In this document: positions 38,029 to 40,000 of the stretch, one piece after another
How positions within the stretch are numbered: position 1 is the first letter of the stretch
How the letters are laid out: each line of letters begins with the position of its first letter
Origin: Erwinia phage pEa_SNUABM_38
Reading direction: 5' to 3' (one strand)
DNA length: 40,000 bases
Sequence record: MW845759.1
Notes under the pieces: model-generated
Databases searched by the model: none
What the model was told of the DNA's origin: nothing
The model's input: only the letters and a program-made list of their open reading frames with translations
Translations under genes and position numbers: made by a program

Positions 38029-38892
38029 ATGAATGATTTATACGACTTCTACGCCAACTGTTTAATCGAAGTACGGCATCCTGACCGTGCTGCGCCGTTG
38101 TGCGAGTTGGTGATGATGGCCATCGATAACGATTATGAACCTGCGCTCGAGCAGATTTATAATTTAGAGATGGATGATGTTGCAGCACACATCGACACGC
38201 TTGAGGGTTGGATTATTAGCTGTGCGGTAGGGTTAGGTCATCGGCTGGGTATCGCTTTTGATATTGACTCGTGCTACCGCAACCCGCGTGTTCCGTTGTT
38301 AGTGTTAAAAGCCGTACTCGAGGACTTAGAGGACTTCGAAGACTACGAGCACCTGCAGGCGATTGCCGAGTCAGGCGAACCGGAAGTGATTATTCTGGAG
38401 AACATGATTCGTTACGTGCGTGCCGATGAGTTCTTCGAAATCGGGACCGTCATTAAACTGATTGAACCGCGCCTGATGATTGTCATTGGTAACTTCCTCA
38501 ATGCCCGTGCCCTGACTGACCAAGCTACCGCGATTGATGATGCGGAACTGGGTCGTATGGCGAAGTACATCCTCGCTTATCCTGAGAACCCGTCAGTCTG
38601 GGCGTTCCAGAATGCGGCACGGACCACGGAACCGAATGTCTTGGCCACCACGCTGGTCTTTGAAGACACCGGGGTACCGGAGGAGCGTCTGCTTGAAATC
38701 TACGCGGTCGGGTTAACGCTGTACGACCACGATAACTTTGCAGACGCTTACACGGCGTTGGAAGAACGTCTGGCAATCATCAATAACGACGGCTTGCCTC
38801 CAATGCCTATCTTAAAATCGGCAGCGGAAGTATTGAAGACGATTTACGAGGTAAATGATGGACAAGCTGCATTATCTGATAGCGGCCTGTAA
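38029..38892 (+). CDS. Hypothetical acidic phage protein (287 aa)
   Basis: ORF, 3' end overlaps the following RNAP gene. Confidence 0.75.
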   Translation: MNDLYDFYANCLIEVRHPDRAAPLCELVMMAIDNDYEPALEQIYNLEMDDVAAHIDTLEGWIISCAVGLGHRLGIAFDIDSCYRNPRVPLLVLKAVLEDLEDFEDYEHLQAIAESGEPEVIILENMIRYVRADEFFEIGTVIKLIEPRLMIVIGNFLNARALTDQATAIDDAELGRMAKYILAYPENPSVWAFQNAARTTEPNVLATTLVFEDTGVPEERLLEIYAVGLTLYDHDNFADAYTALEERLAIINNDGLPPMPILKSAAEVLKTIYEVNDGQAALSDSGL

Positions 38893-40000
38893 CAGTCAGG
38901 CATGGAAGCGACTGACATGGCGCATGTCTATCTTCAACGTGTGCCGTTGGCCTGAGGGGGTCACCCCGAAAGCGTACGACCTGAACTTCATTGACGGCGT
39001 TCCGCACTTCTGGAATGTGGATGAAGACTCACTCGGGAACTGGGAAGCGATTGCCGGCACGAAGAAGGACGAAGAGTTGTTCTGGCCGGAAGAAGAGATA
39101 GCCATTAAAGCGGGGGATTATCCGGGACTCAATAAAGACCTGACTACCTCGGCTGGTCGCTACGTCGCCAACTGGATTGTCGTGTACTTCTCGGTGGGCA
39201 CCCGCTTACCCTATCTGGAAGAAGGGAAGTCTTTCCTTGTATACGAGAAAGAATTGTACTCGCGTTGTCTGGCATATGGCACGGATAGCCCTGACGACAA
39301 AGAGGCCCTGCGTCCAAGCCACGTAGCCGCCTTTATACAGGGCCTCAGCGAGATTGCGCCGATGTGTAAGGCGATTGCCCCAACCGGGACACTGCGCTCG
39401 TTACAGACGCACCCAGACCTCTATAAGGTGCGTGATGCGTTGCTTGAGAAACACAAGGACGAGTTAGACGACCCGGCGGTCATCGTGAAGATTCAGAAGG
39501 TGTTGGATGACATGGACACCGAATGGTTGCAAGGCGACCAGTCCATCGAATTCTACAGCTCGAAGAAGTCCCGCATGCGTCGCCGTAAGTTACTTATCAT
39601 GCACGGGATTGAAGCGTCCTTTAAAGAAGGGGGCGACTACACCCTGATTCCGACCTCGCTGATTGAAGGTGGCGACCTGACCAAACTCGTTGAGAAATTC
39701 AACGGCGTACGTGAAGGCTCGTTCTCTCGTGGTGCGGAAACGGCGAAGGGTGGCGAGCAGGTGCGAATCATCCAGATGATCTTCCAGAACCACCGGATTA
39801 CCGATGATGATTGCGGCACGAAACTTACCCATTTGGTGTTCATTAACGAAGCCAATGTCAAACGCTATGTTGGGATGAACATGGTGGAAACGGGTAAGAA
39901 GACGCAATTAACGGAAGAGATGCTCAAGGGCTTGATGGGTAAGGCAATACGCATTCGACGCCCTATCTTATGCCAACGAGGTCACGTTGACACTTGTGCC
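38855..40000 (+). CDS. Second RNA polymerase beta' C-terminal-part gene (probable virion RNAP, phiKZ gp180-like), truncated at window edge
   Basis: Not in ORF track because no stop occurs in the window. From ATG 38855/38858 (MMDKLHYLIAACN...) the frame is open to 40000. Contains FSRGAETAKGGEQVRIIQMIFQNHRITDDDCGTKLTHL...IRIRRPILCQRGHVDTCA, compare bacterial [23 protein letters not shown]...VKVRSVVSCDTDFGVCAHC. Confidence 0.85.
   Translation, partial: MMDKLHYLIAACNSQAWKRLTWRMSIFNVCRWPEGVTPKAYDLNFIDGVPHFWNVDEDSLGNWEAIAGTKKDEELFWPEEEIAIKAGDYPGLNKDLTTSAGRYVANWIVVYFSVGTRLPYLEEGKSFLVYEKELYSRCLAYGTDSPDDKEALRPSHVAAFIQGLSEIAPMCKAIAPTGTLRSLQTHPDLYKVRDALLEKHKDELDDPAVIVKIQKVLDDMDTEWLQGDQSIEFYSSKKSRMRRRKLLIMHGIEASFKEGGDYTLIPTSLIEGGDLTKLVEKFNGVREGSFSRGAETAKGGEQVRIIQMIFQNHRITDDDCGTKLTHLVFINEANVKRYVGMNMVETGKKTQLTEEMLKGLMGKAIRIRRPILCQRGHVDTCA

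Noticed and set aside
1-40000. tRNA genes, CRISPR arrays, transposase/integrase or host-derived defence genes
   Set aside because: No cloverleaf-like sequence, regular repeat-spacer pattern, IS ends or DDE/recombinase motifs were noticed by eye; tRNAscan-SE or CRISPR finder were not available.

Overview
The window is a gene-dense piece of a jumbo phage related to phiKZ / SPN3US (nucleus-forming, Chimalliviridae-like), probably infecting an enterobacterium. Almost all genes are on the + strand, packed, and separated by rho-independent terminators. The firmest calls come from motifs read directly in the proteins. Four split, multi-subunit RNA polymerase pieces are present: a beta' N-part with NADFDGD and an N-terminal Zn-finger (17092-18714), a beta C-part (28378-30591), a beta' C-part (30588-32699), and a second, different beta' C-part running off the right edge (38855->40000). 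Other motif-based calls are a divergent family-B DNA polymerase palm protein (11089-13290, VSDTDS), an Mre11/SbcD-like nuclease (about 20300-21439), an SSB-like protein with a Gly-rich tail and acidic tip (22339-23025), and an SF2 helicase (32730-34442). The 595-aa ORF at 15226-17013 lies directly before the NADFDGD RNAP subunit. Its size and position match the phiKZ gp54-gp55 arrangement, making it a candidate phage-nucleus shell protein (chimallin, ChmA). Other notable signals are: an origin-like non-coding region at about 13.69-13.96 kb (G-quadruplex repeat, AT-rich tract, GATC cluster, between convergent terminators); a recurrent CATATATNTTATC promoter-like motif upstream of several genes; an NPF-repeat tail on the protein encoded between the RNAP genes; several long out-of-phase gene overlaps; and a tandem array of small orphan ORFs at 5.3-8.4 kb. 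All family names are from memory and motif reading; no database search was run.
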